Positions 1 through 7,545 of a stretch of 64,000 bases of DNA are shown here, one piece after another. The stretch is from contig CAIZXS010000004.1 of NCBI GenBank assembly GCA_903937035.1, positions 4,693 through 68,692 on the forward strand. The letters are read 5' to 3'. The translations under genes were made by a program, and so were the position numbers. The notes beneath the pieces are model-generated. The model was not told the origin of the DNA, did no database searches, and saw nothing but the letters and a program-made list of their open reading frames with translations. The DNA is from an uncultured bacterium. GTDB taxonomy: Bacteria > Patescibacteriota > Minisyncoccia > Moranbacterales > UBA2206. Numbering within the stretch: the stretch's first letter is position 1; each line of letters starts with the position of its first letter.

Positions 1-56
1 ATTGACCGGTGAATATTCACCTGCTATGATATGGGCATAAGCATTAAGGGAAAAAT

Positions 57-1037
57 ATGGAGAACATGTCCAAAGAGGCAGAGAAAATATTAGAGGCAAT
101 AAAGCGCTATGGGCCCTTGCGGTCGGTCGAACTTGTGAAAATGCTTAGTGTTTCTACGAAAACGATTTATAAACATTTGACGAAATTGCTCGACGAGCAA
201 TTGATAAAAAAAACCGGAATGACTCCCAGGGTTTTTTATGTCGCGCTTGAAAATCATGCGGATGGTTTGGTGGTTTTTGACGAAGGCGATCGGATCATTG
301 AACAAAATTATATTTATGTTTCTCCGAGCGGGGAAATGACGCGGGGCGTGGCTGGATTTCAATTGTGGTGCGAAAGAAATAAATCTGATTTTTCAAAAGA
401 AAAAAAGTTATTTTACCAAAGATTCAAATCGATCCAAAAAATGAAAAGCGGAAAAGTGATTTCCGCAAAAAAAACCATTCTTTCAGGCAAAGGAGCGTTT
501 CATTTGGATGATATTTTTTTCAGTGATTTTTATACATTTGATCATTTTGGAAAAACGAAAATCGGGCAGTTGGTGTATCTAGGAAAAACTTCCCAGAACA
601 AAGAGCTGATTGGAGAAATTGCAAAAAATATCCGACCAGCAATCGAGGGCATTATGGGAAAATATGACATCAAGTTTGTTTGTTTCATTCCACCGACCAT
701 TGATCGCAAAGTGCAATTTTTGGATGTGTTGAAAAAAAGATTGAAGCTCGAATTGCCTGAGGTGATTGCAACAAAAATTCCGAGCGTGACCAGAGTACCG
801 CAAAAGACATTGCGGAAATTGGAAGATAGAATCATGAATGCCAAGACGACGATAGCGATTAATCCCAATCAAAAAATTGATGCGAATGTTCTCATTATCG
901 ATGATGCGACCGGATCGGGGGCGACGCTCAATGAAACCGCCGGAAAACTTAGGAATGTGGCGAAGAAAAAAATAAAAATCATCGGTTACTCGGTAGTGGG
1001 GAGTTATAAGGGATTTGATGTGATTAGTGAAGTTTAG
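57..1037 (+). CDS. winged-helix HTH + type I phosphoribosyltransferase (PRTase) domain protein, PurR-like architecture
   Basis: N-terminal ~70 aa looks like a winged-helix DNA-binding domain (ILEAIKRYGPLRSVELVKMLSVSTKTIYKHLTKL). C-terminal VLIIDDATGSGATLNETAG matches the PRPP-binding loop of type I PRTases. Long uninterrupted ORF. Confidence 0.6.
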   Translation: MENMSKEAEKILEAIKRYGPLRSVELVKMLSVSTKTIYKHLTKLLDEQLIKKTGMTPRVFYVALENHADGLVVFDEGDRIIEQNYIYVSPSGEMTRGVAGFQLWCERNKSDFSKEKKLFYQRFKSIQKMKSGKVISAKKTILSGKGAFHLDDIFFSDFYTFDHFGKTKIGQLVYLGKTSQNKELIGEIAKNIRPAIEGIMGKYDIKFVCFIPPTIDRKVQFLDVLKKRLKLELPEVIATKIPSVTRVPQKTLRKLEDRIMNAKTTIAINPNQKIDANVLIIDDATGSGATLNETAGKLRNVAKKKIKIIGYSVVGSYKGFDVISEV

Positions 1038-1174
1038 CTGAGGCTTAAAACCGCAGCCAGCCGAGTGAGGATGTTTCTTTGGTGAAATCCACCTCACCCT
1101 TTCAATCCCACGCCGGTGGAATTGAAGTCTCCTTATAAAGGAGAGGGGATGGGTGCGGGGGATGATAATATGGA

Positions 1175-1207
1175 AAGCGCTTCGATGAAAATCGGGGCGC
1201 TTTTTTT
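1175..1207 (+). terminator. intrinsic terminator-like hairpin (GCGCUUCGAU..AUCGGGGCGC with G.U wobbles) followed by U7; module copy 1
   Basis: Stem-loop followed by ttttttt directly downstream of the first CDS. A diverged second copy lies at 1447-1479. Confidence 0.5.
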
Positions 1208-1212
1208 ATGCA

Positions 1213-1418
1213 TGTCATCCTCGCGGATGCGGGGATCCAGTGTGAAGGCTTAATAAAAAAAATATCAGCCAGATGTTTTGATAGTTGAAGAAGCACAGAG
1301 AACTAATCAAAAAAGTAGAGCCACCCAGAAAGAGTTACATTCTAATATGGCCTTGAGACTGGATTCCCGCCTTGCTCCACCGCTAAAGCTAAGGCGGCAC
1401 GCGGTCGCGGGAATGACA
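1213..1418. mobile_element. MITE-like element, family A, copy 1 (two ~28-bp hairpin-forming terminal inverted repeats flanking ~130 bp)
   Basis: Left end tgtcatcctcgcggatgcggggatccag. Right end ctggattcccgcc...gcgggaatgaca is its reverse complement, with a 38-bp insertion in the loop. Same architecture recurs at 58956-59144. Confidence 0.6.
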
Positions 1419-1446
1419 CAGAAAAAAGAGGGATGGCACGGGGAAA

Positions 1447-1479
1447 GCGCTTCGATTTCGGTCGGGGCGCTTTATTTTT
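1447..1479 (+). terminator. terminator-like hairpin, module copy 2 (GCGCUUCG..CGGGGCGC + U-rich tail)
   Basis: gggatggcacggggaaagcgcttcgatttcggtcggggcgctttattttt is a diverged duplicate of 1150-1207. Followed by tggtataat. Confidence 0.45.
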
Positions 1480-1489
1480 CCCAAAATAC

Positions 1490-1498
1490 TGGTATAAT
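1490..1498 (+). promoter_or_regulatory. extended -10 promoter element TGgTATAAT upstream of SPFH gene
   Basis: tggtataat lies 30 nt upstream of ATG 1528. The same TGnTATAAT motif recurs upstream of many genes in the window. Confidence 0.4.
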
Positions 1499-1527
1499 AA
1501 AAACATAATAATTTAAAACTTAAACAT

Positions 1528-2301
1528 ATGGTAGTGCTCGCTGCTTTAATGCCAATCATTATTCCCGCCTTTATTTTCTTGGTCTTGCCAGGATTTCGGG
1601 TGGTGCAACAATATGAAAAGGGCGTGGTCTTTCGTTTTGGAAAAATCATTTCCAGTCGTGAGCCGGGATTGAATTGGATTATTCCTTATGTTGACCGGAT
1701 GCGAAAAATTGATTTTCGCACAGTGACCTTGCCAATTCCACCGCAAAAGATTATTACCAAAGACAATGTTTCGGTGGACATCTCGGCTGTGGCTTATTAC
1801 AAAATAGTCGATGCGGAAAAAAGTATTGTGTCGATTGAAGATGTGAGGAGCGCGATCAATCAGATTGCGCAAACAACAGTGCGCAATATTGTTGGTCGTT
1901 TTCAATTGGATGAAGTGCTTTCTGAGCGAGATGAGATTAACAAAGAAATTAGTACGGTGCTTGATAGTAATACTGAGCCATGGGGCGTATTGGTTTCTGT
2001 GGTGGAAATTAAAGATATTGAACTGCCGGAAAATATGCAAAGAGCAATGGCTAAACAAGCGGAAGCGGAAAGAGAGAAGCGGGCAAAAATTATCGCAGCG
2101 GAAGGTGAGCTTTTGGCGAGTCAAAAATTGGCTGAAACGGCTGACGTGATGGCAGCGCATCCGATTGCGCTCCAGCTGCGCAATTTGCAAACAATGGCGG
2201 AAATCTCAGTTGAGAAAAATTCCACCATCATTTTCCCGGCGCAGTTTATGGGAACAGTCAATGATATCCAGGCTTTTCTTGCTAAGGAGAAGATAAAATA
2301 A
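1528..2301 (+). CDS. SPFH/band-7 (stomatin/prohibitin-like) membrane protein
   Basis: N-terminal TM segment, then a band-7 core ([15 protein letters not shown]...[21 protein letters not shown]...[17 protein letters not shown]) and a C-terminal coiled coil ([17 protein letters not shown]). Confidence 0.9.
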   Translation: MVVLAALMPIIIPAFIFLVLPGFRVVQQYEKGVVFRFGKIISSREPGLNWIIPYVDRMRKIDFRTVTLPIPPQKIITKDNVSVDISAVAYYKIVDAEKSIVSIEDVRSAINQIAQTTVRNIVGRFQLDEVLSERDEINKEISTVLDSNTEPWGVLVSVVEIKDIELPENMQRAMAKQAEAEREKRAKIIAAEGELLASQKLAETADVMAAHPIALQLRNLQTMAEISVEKNSTIIFPAQFMGTVNDIQAFLAKEKIK

Positions 2302-2413
2302 AGCTTATTTTGAACTTTTAAAAAAGTGTTCTGGTATGAACTGGAGCGCTTTTTTTGTTGACTTTTTGTGCTATAATTCACCCAGAAGTTTTTAATTAAC
2401 TAATAAAAAGCCT

Positions 2414-4249
2414 ATGTGTGGAATTGTTGGTTATATTGGGAAAAGAAATGCTCTGCCGGTCCTGATGGACGGGCTAAAGCGCTTGGAGTATCGTGGGTAT
2501 GACAGTGCGGGAATTTCGCTCGTGCAAAAGAAGCGGATCAAAACTTGGCGTGCGGTTGGGCGGGTGAGTGAGTTGGAAAAGAAAATTAATATAGAAGAAA
2601 TGGGTAATGTGGGAATTGCGCACACTCGTTGGGCGACGCATGGCGAGCCATCGGAAAAGAATGCGCATCCGCACTCGGATTGTGGGAAAAATATCAGTCT
2701 TGTGCATAATGGAATTATTGAAAATTATGCGGAACTGAAAAAACTGCTCAGCAAAAAGGGTCACCGCTTCTCATCAGAGACAGACACGGAAGTGGTGGTG
2801 CATTTGATTGAAGAACTTGCCAAGAAAAAAACTTTTATGGAGGCGCTCACGGAGGCGGTTAGGCTCTTGGAGGGGACTTATGGATTGGCTATCATAACGA
2901 GCAAGGAGCCCGGGAAACTTTATTGTGCGCGAAAAGGCAGCCCGCTGATTTTGGGAGTAGGGACGGATGAGTTTATTGTGGCTTCTGACGCGTCAGCTAT
3001 TGTGAGTCATACTAAAAAAATCGTCTATCTGGAGGACGGAGAGATTGCGGAAATCAGCCCGGATGGTTTCAATATTTTTAATGCTAAAAATCACAAAACA
3101 GCTAAGCAAATCTTTGAGGTTAATCTGACTGACGAGCAAGTGAAAAAACAAGGCTTTCCTCACTTCATGCTCAAGGAAATTTTCCAGCAGCCAGATGCTG
3201 TGCGAAATGCTTTGCGTGGTCGGGTGGAGAAGTTTCTCAGTGAAGATGGTGGGCCGATTCCCGGGGGATTACTCTGCGTGGAAAAGCGTTTGAAAAAAAT
3301 TAGACGCATTGTGATTGTGGCTTGCGGCACTTCCTATTACGCCGGTCTCGCGGGGAAATATCTCTTGGAGGAATTTTCCGGCCTGCCAACCGAAGTGGAG
3401 AGCGCCAGTGAATTTCGTTATCGCAAAAATACGATCGATGAACACACGGCGGTGCTGGCGATTTCTCAATCAGGAGAGACGGCTGATACACTCGAAGCGA
3501 TCCGCGAAGCGAAACTGAAAGGGGCACTTACGCTCGGCATTGTGAACACGGTTGGTTCAACGATTGCGCGGGAAACTGACGCGGGGATTTATTGTCATGC
3601 GGGACCAGAAATTGGCGTTGCTTCGACGAAAGCTTTTTCTTCTCAGCTTTCGATTTTAGTTCTTCTGACACTCACTCTTGGTCGCCAACGAAGATTATCT
3701 TTCTCAGAGTCAAAAGCCTTAGCCACGGAATTGCAGAAAATTCCAGAAAAAATTGAGGCAATTCTCCGTGACAAAAACACAATCAAAAAACTGGCCAAAA
3801 AATATGCGCATTTTAGTGATTGGTTGTATCTGGGGAGAAAATATAGTTTTCCCATTGCGCTTGAAGGCGCTCTGAAGATCAAAGAAATTTCCTATGTGCA
3901 CGCTGAGGGCTATGCGGCCGGGGAGATGAAGCATGGTCCGATTGCTCTCATTGATGAAAAATTCCCTTCTTTTTTTATCGCTCCAACGGATAGTGTTTAT
4001 GAAAAAACGATGAGCGGAATGCAAGAAGTCAAAGCGCGCAAAGGAAAGATTTTGGCTGTGGCAACAGCGGGAAACAAAAAAATCAAGGATTTAGTGGATG
4101 ATGTGGTCTATATTCCAGCTGCGCCTGAGGCTTTTTCCTCATTTCTCAGCGCCACCGTCACCCATCTTTTTGCCTATTATGTCGGGACTGCTAAGGGCTA
4201 TGACGTGGATCGGCCGAGAAATCTGGCCAAAAGCGTGACAGTGGAGTAG
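2414..4249 (+). CDS. glmS: glutamine--fructose-6-phosphate aminotransferase (isomerising)
   Basis: MCGIVGYIG class-II glutamine amidotransferase N-terminus with catalytic Cys2, two SIS domains, 611 aa full length. Confidence 0.95.
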   Translation: MCGIVGYIGKRNALPVLMDGLKRLEYRGYDSAGISLVQKKRIKTWRAVGRVSELEKKINIEEMGNVGIAHTRWATHGEPSEKNAHPHSDCGKNISLVHNGIIENYAELKKLLSKKGHRFSSETDTEVVVHLIEELAKKKTFMEALTEAVRLLEGTYGLAIITSKEPGKLYCARKGSPLILGVGTDEFIVASDASAIVSHTKKIVYLEDGEIAEISPDGFNIFNAKNHKTAKQIFEVNLTDEQVKKQGFPHFMLKEIFQQPDAVRNALRGRVEKFLSEDGGPIPGGLLCVEKRLKKIRRIVIVACGTSYYAGLAGKYLLEEFSGLPTEVESASEFRYRKNTIDEHTAVLAISQSGETADTLEAIREAKLKGALTLGIVNTVGSTIARETDAGIYCHAGPEIGVASTKAFSSQLSILVLLTLTLGRQRRLSFSESKALATELQKIPEKIEAILRDKNTIKKLAKKYAHFSDWLYLGRKYSFPIALEGALKIKEISYVHAEGYAAGEMKHGPIALIDEKFPSFFIAPTDSVYEKTMSGMQEVKARKGKILAVATAGNKKIKDLVDDVVYIPAAPEAFSSFLSATVTHLFAYYVGTAKGYDVDRPRNLAKSVTVE

Positions 4250-4278
4250 AATAGAGGGTGCCTGATTGGAGCGCGAAT

Positions 4279-4307
4279 TTGACAATTTGGCTGATTTGTG
4301 CTAAGAT
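4279..4307 (+). promoter_or_regulatory. sigma70-like promoter (TTGACA-17-TAAGAT) upstream of receiver genes
   Basis: ttgaca atttggctgatttgtgc taagat with exact 17-nt spacer. RBS gaaggaaggag precedes ATG 4427. Confidence 0.45.
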
Positions 4308-4426
4308 TTGGAGTTGTTAGTTCATTCAAGTCAGTTTTTTTGTTGTCCTTTGGGGCAATGAGGAAGCTGATTTGAATGGATTACATGATAAAGTATATTA
4401 ACAATTTGAAGGAAGGAGTTTGATAG

Positions 4427-4789
4427 ATGAAAATTCTAGTAGTGGATGATGAGGCTTTTGGCACGATATTGTTTATGATGCTGGAGTATTTATTTCCAGC
4501 GTGCGTTGACGTTGCCAGTAATTTGGTCGAAGCGCAGGAATATCTGCGGAGTTATCCGTATGATTTTGTCTTGAGTGATCTTAATTTAGGCAAAGGCGCT
4601 GAGCGGGATGGAATTGAAATTCTTCGCGAAGCAAAGAAAAATAACATCGATGTTGTGGCAATCCTTATGTCGGCTGAAAGAATGAAAGCGGAAGAAATTA
4701 CAGCGGCAGGGATCGATCAATTTTTGGAAAAGCCCATTGAGATGGAGCTGATTAAAAAGACAATTCAAAATTTCTGGAAAAGGAGTTGA
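4427..4789 (+). CDS. single-domain response-regulator receiver (CheY-like)
   Basis: VVDDE acidic pocket, phosphoacceptor Asp in FVLSDLNLG, conserved Ser (ILMSAE) and Lys (EKP). No output domain. Confidence 0.85.
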   Translation: MKILVVDDEAFGTILFMMLEYLFPACVDVASNLVEAQEYLRSYPYDFVLSDLNLGKGAERDGIEILREAKKNNIDVVAILMSAERMKAEEITAAGIDQFLEKPIEMELIKKTIQNFWKRS

Positions 4790-4793
4790 AGCG

Positions 4794-5168
4794 ATGAAAT
4801 TTCTTGTTGTTGGCGCAGAATCTTTCGGCCAGCTGATCGCTGGAATGCTCAAGATGCTGCCTGTTGGATGGGATGTTGATTTCGCAAAAACAACAGCAGA
4901 AGCCTTCGAATTGATGGATAGTGGCTGCTATGATTTCGTGATCAGCGAGCTGAACTTTGATGCTGAGGCGAACTGCAATGGAATCGGCATTCTCATCAAG
5001 GAAAAGAGGATAAATCCAAGAGCAGTGGTAATTCTTGTCTCGGCTGAAGATATTCATGTTGAGGCAATCAAAAAGCTCGGGATAGATTACATCCTGGAAA
5101 GGCCAATCACTTCGGATCAAGTTCAGGAAGCTGTGGGAAATTTTCTCGAAAAAATGGAGGAGACGTGA
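4794..5168 (+). CDS. degenerate receiver-domain protein (pseudo-receiver)
   Basis: Paralog of the upstream receiver. VVGAES replaces VVDDE, ISELN has Glu at the phosphoacceptor position, ERP replaces the conserved Lys. Confidence 0.8.
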   Translation: MKFLVVGAESFGQLIAGMLKMLPVGWDVDFAKTTAEAFELMDSGCYDFVISELNFDAEANCNGIGILIKEKRINPRAVVILVSAEDIHVEAIKKLGIDYILERPITSDQVQEAVGNFLEKMEET

Positions 5169-5500
5169 ATAATATCCTTTGGTATCATGAACTGTTGGGG
5201 AGGTTATCTTGGTTGATGGGGTCATTATTTTTGCTTGGTGGGTTCATGCTTCTAGCAAGGGGTACATTATGGAAAAACTTGATTGGAAAAAACGGTCCTC
5301 CGGTGAACCGCCGGAAGACTGCGTCATTGGAGGTGCTGATAATCCTCCCATGAACACCAAGAAGGGTGATGTCGCAGTTATGGTAGTTGTTTTGATAAAT
5401 ACTGTGACAGAGAAAAAGGTAGGAAGAAAATCAGGGATGATTCAGATCCCGATTGATTTTCGAAAGAGCGCTTAATGTCACGCGAAAGGAGGTAGGGATG

Positions 5501-5650
5501 ATGGAAGTCTGTCTGACAATCGTCAGGAGCCCTACTTTCTTTATCGGAGTGGGAGCAGTATTTGTTTTTTTACGGGTAAATGGATTTTTTCGCTTCCGTA
5601 GAAAGAAGAAATTTTCCCTTGAAAGGAGGGGTGTTCCATGGGACGAGTAA
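5501..5650 (+). CDS. small hydrophobic peptide ORF (49 aa), SD-preceded
   Basis: gaaaggagg SD 7 nt upstream of ATG. MEVCLTIVRSPTFFIGVGAVFVFLRV... has one predicted TM and a basic tail RFRRKKK. No similarity recognised. Confidence 0.3.
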   Translation: MEVCLTIVRSPTFFIGVGAVFVFLRVNGFFRFRRKKKFSLERRGVPWDE

Positions 5651-5805
5651 TAAAATTTGTTCTTGTTGGCATAGCAGGGTTGGGGTTGCTTTTCTTGGCG
5701 ATACCAAATCCATTTGTTTCATTGTTCGGTCAGATTTTTGGCACAGTAGCTTTTTCCACTGCTGCCATTAAATTTCTGGATACTGCCGACAAAAATGGCC
5801 AATGA
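5638..5805 (+). CDS. small hydrophobic peptide ORF (55 aa), SD-preceded, overlaps previous ORF by 13 nt
   Basis: gaaaggagggg SD 8 nt upstream of ATG. MGRVIKFVLVGIAGLGLLFLAIPNPFVSLFGQIFGTVAFSTAAIKFLDTADKNGQ has a predicted TM helix. Confidence 0.35.
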   Translation: MGRVIKFVLVGIAGLGLLFLAIPNPFVSLFGQIFGTVAFSTAAIKFLDTADKNGQ

Positions 5806-5952
5806 CTTGGAGGAGTCTTGGCAAAAAGGAATTAGGAGCTGAATTCGCCCCTGGTTCCTTTTTTCTTTGGGAAAAAATAAAATTCATCTCATCTTCGACG
5901 CGGCAAAGATGAAGTGGATTTGGGGATATTTTTGTGGTATTCTTGGGATATC

Positions 5953-6672
5953 ATGGACTATAAATACACCAGCCTAATAATATCCAAAAGAGACATCTCG
6001 GAAGTGGACCGGATCTATAATTGCTATACTTTGGAAGATGGAAAAATCCAAGCTGTTGGGCGTGGTGTGCGTCGTCCAAACGCAAAGTTGGCAGGGAATT
6101 TGGAGCCACTAACGCATTGTGAAATCTATGTTTCCAAGCGGAAAGGTTTGGGTAATATTACCGGTGCGATTGCTGTGAATAACTTTTTATCCATAAAAAA
6201 CGATTTTTCGGCGATTAGTCGGGTCTTTTGGGCGCTTTCCCATTTCGACAAGTTGATCTCTCAGCAAGAGAAAGATGCGTATGTTTTCGAGCTGCTTATT
6301 GCCTACCTAGAAGCAATGGAAAAATTAAGTGGGGAAAAGAAAGCGGAGTATAAATTTGACATTGTTACTTTGGGATTTCTTTTTCGGCTCACTGAAAATT
6401 TGGGGTATAAAATTCGAGTGGAGAATTGTGCCAACTGCGGAAGGAAAATCACAGCGGGGAATGAGAATTTTTTTAGCGCTGAGCGAGGTGGGGCGTTGTG
6501 CGCCATTTGCGCCAAGACAGAAAGAAAAAAAGTCAAAAATAGCGACACGTCAATAAAGCTCGTGAAAATATTTTTAAAAAATAAAATTAGCAGTTTTTCC
6601 AAGCTGGAGGTGGCGGAAAAAGATTTGCGTGAGTTGAAGCTGATTTGGAATGAATTGATTAACTGGGTGTAG
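5953..6672 (+). CDS. recO: DNA repair protein RecO
   Basis: N-terminal OB-fold region (SLIISKRDISEVDRIY...GKIQAVGRGVRRPNAKLAGNLEPL) and C-terminal Cys4 zinc finger (CANCG...CAICA). Start placed at MDYKY, which aligns with RecO N-termini; the ORF track's 5914 start is an upstream extension. Confidence 0.85.
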   Translation: MDYKYTSLIISKRDISEVDRIYNCYTLEDGKIQAVGRGVRRPNAKLAGNLEPLTHCEIYVSKRKGLGNITGAIAVNNFLSIKNDFSAISRVFWALSHFDKLISQQEKDAYVFELLIAYLEAMEKLSGEKKAEYKFDIVTLGFLFRLTENLGYKIRVENCANCGRKITAGNENFFSAERGGALCAICAKTERKKVKNSDTSIKLVKIFLKNKISSFSKLEVAEKDLRELKLIWNELINWV

Positions 6673-6712
6673 GGGCTCTTGCGCGAATGGATTTTTTTGG
6701 TATAATATAAAT

Positions 6713-7462
6713 ATGAAAAAAGAAATCAAAAAAAATAAAAAAGTAGTTACGTTGAATCTGCCGAAAGAAATTCCAGCTGAGAAAAAAATAGTGGGATTGG
6801 GTGAGAAAATGAACAAAGATATTTCCGTCATTTTTGCGTTGGTAGCTGTGATTGTGGTGGTGGTTTTTTTTGGTGGATGGGCGTGGCATCTGAACAATCA
6901 AATAAAAAATTGCTCATCTGCAAATTTCACAAAAAATTTACCTGAAAAAAACGCATTGAAAAAAAAGAATAATTTGCTTGAAAAACAAGTAGTAAGCAAT
7001 GAGGTAGTTTACACTAATAAGGAGCTGGGCTTTGAATTGCTCATACCAAAAGATGGTAAGCGGTTTGCGGTCAAAGAAATTTCTCCCAAGGGCATGAATT
7101 CAGCAGTCACTTTCGGATTGCCCTTTGCTGACAGTGAAGTTAGGAAAGTTAAAAAGGAGGATTATAGTGAGATATTTCGGATAGAATTGGTGCCGGTAGT
7201 CGATTTGGAGAAAGCTAAAAAAACGTGTCGCGATAAAAATAGGCAGTTTCCTCTTTGTGACAATGATGATCGGGAATTGGGGCGAAATGCTCAATTTGTG
7301 TTTGTGTATACGCGGTATGACAAGTTGGACGTAGTGGAAAAGAGCAAAACAAAGCTGATTCCTGATGATTTTGATGAGTCTGTCTTCTCCGAGGCGGATG
7401 ATATTATCAAGAGTTTTCGCTTAATTCCAGTGCAAGTTGGAGTGGGAGATCGTAATTTATAG
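6713..7462 (+). CDS. hypothetical membrane-anchored protein
   Basis: Lys-rich N-terminus, single TM (VIFALVAVIVVVVFFGGWAW), ~180-aa extracytoplasmic domain. TATAAT ends 6 nt before the ATG, so it may be leaderless. Confidence 0.55.
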   Translation: MKKEIKKNKKVVTLNLPKEIPAEKKIVGLGEKMNKDISVIFALVAVIVVVVFFGGWAWHLNNQIKNCSSANFTKNLPEKNALKKKNNLLEKQVVSNEVVYTNKELGFELLIPKDGKRFAVKEISPKGMNSAVTFGLPFADSEVRKVKKEDYSEIFRIELVPVVDLEKAKKTCRDKNRQFPLCDNDDRELGRNAQFVFVYTRYDKLDVVEKSKTKLIPDDFDESVFSEADDIIKSFRLIPVQVGVGDRNL

Positions 7463-7545
7463 ATTTTTTTTGATTTTTTTGGTGGAGACAGAGCTTTTTT
7501 GTCTTCACTTTTATTTTTCTGCGAATGTTGCTATAATATCAAAGT

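Noticed and set aside
579-1097. Long minus-strand ORFs overlapping confident plus-strand genes (e.g. 579-1097, 1546-2190, 9471-9929, 19070-19543, 19717-20208, 33346-34008, 57687-58202)
   Set aside because: They are antisense shadows of strongly supported CDSs, with low-complexity, Arg/Ser/Phe-rich translations and no start or RBS context.
1040-1500. Possible RNase P RNA, tmRNA or other housekeeping ncRNA in the unusually long ORF1-SPFH intergenic region (motifs GAATGAC, ACAGAA, GGTGAAA noted)
   Set aside because: The hallmark motifs are absent (AGGAAAGUCC and GGUGCGGUAAGAGCGCACC of RNase P, the tRNA-like 3' end of tmRNA). The GAATGAC-containing segment recurs at 59130, so it belongs to the family-A repeat rather than a single-copy ncRNA.
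2302-2413. glmS ribozyme upstream of glmS
   Set aside because: Only ~110 nt of AT-rich leader containing a TGCTATAAT promoter element. I could not identify the conserved core or pseudoknot of the glmS ribozyme.
5209-5475. 88-aa ORF (MVDGVIIFAWW.../MEKLDWKK...) upstream of the two SD-preceded micro-ORFs
   Set aside because: No convincing RBS (only aagggg) and mixed composition. Noted under the micro-ORF finding but not called as a feature.
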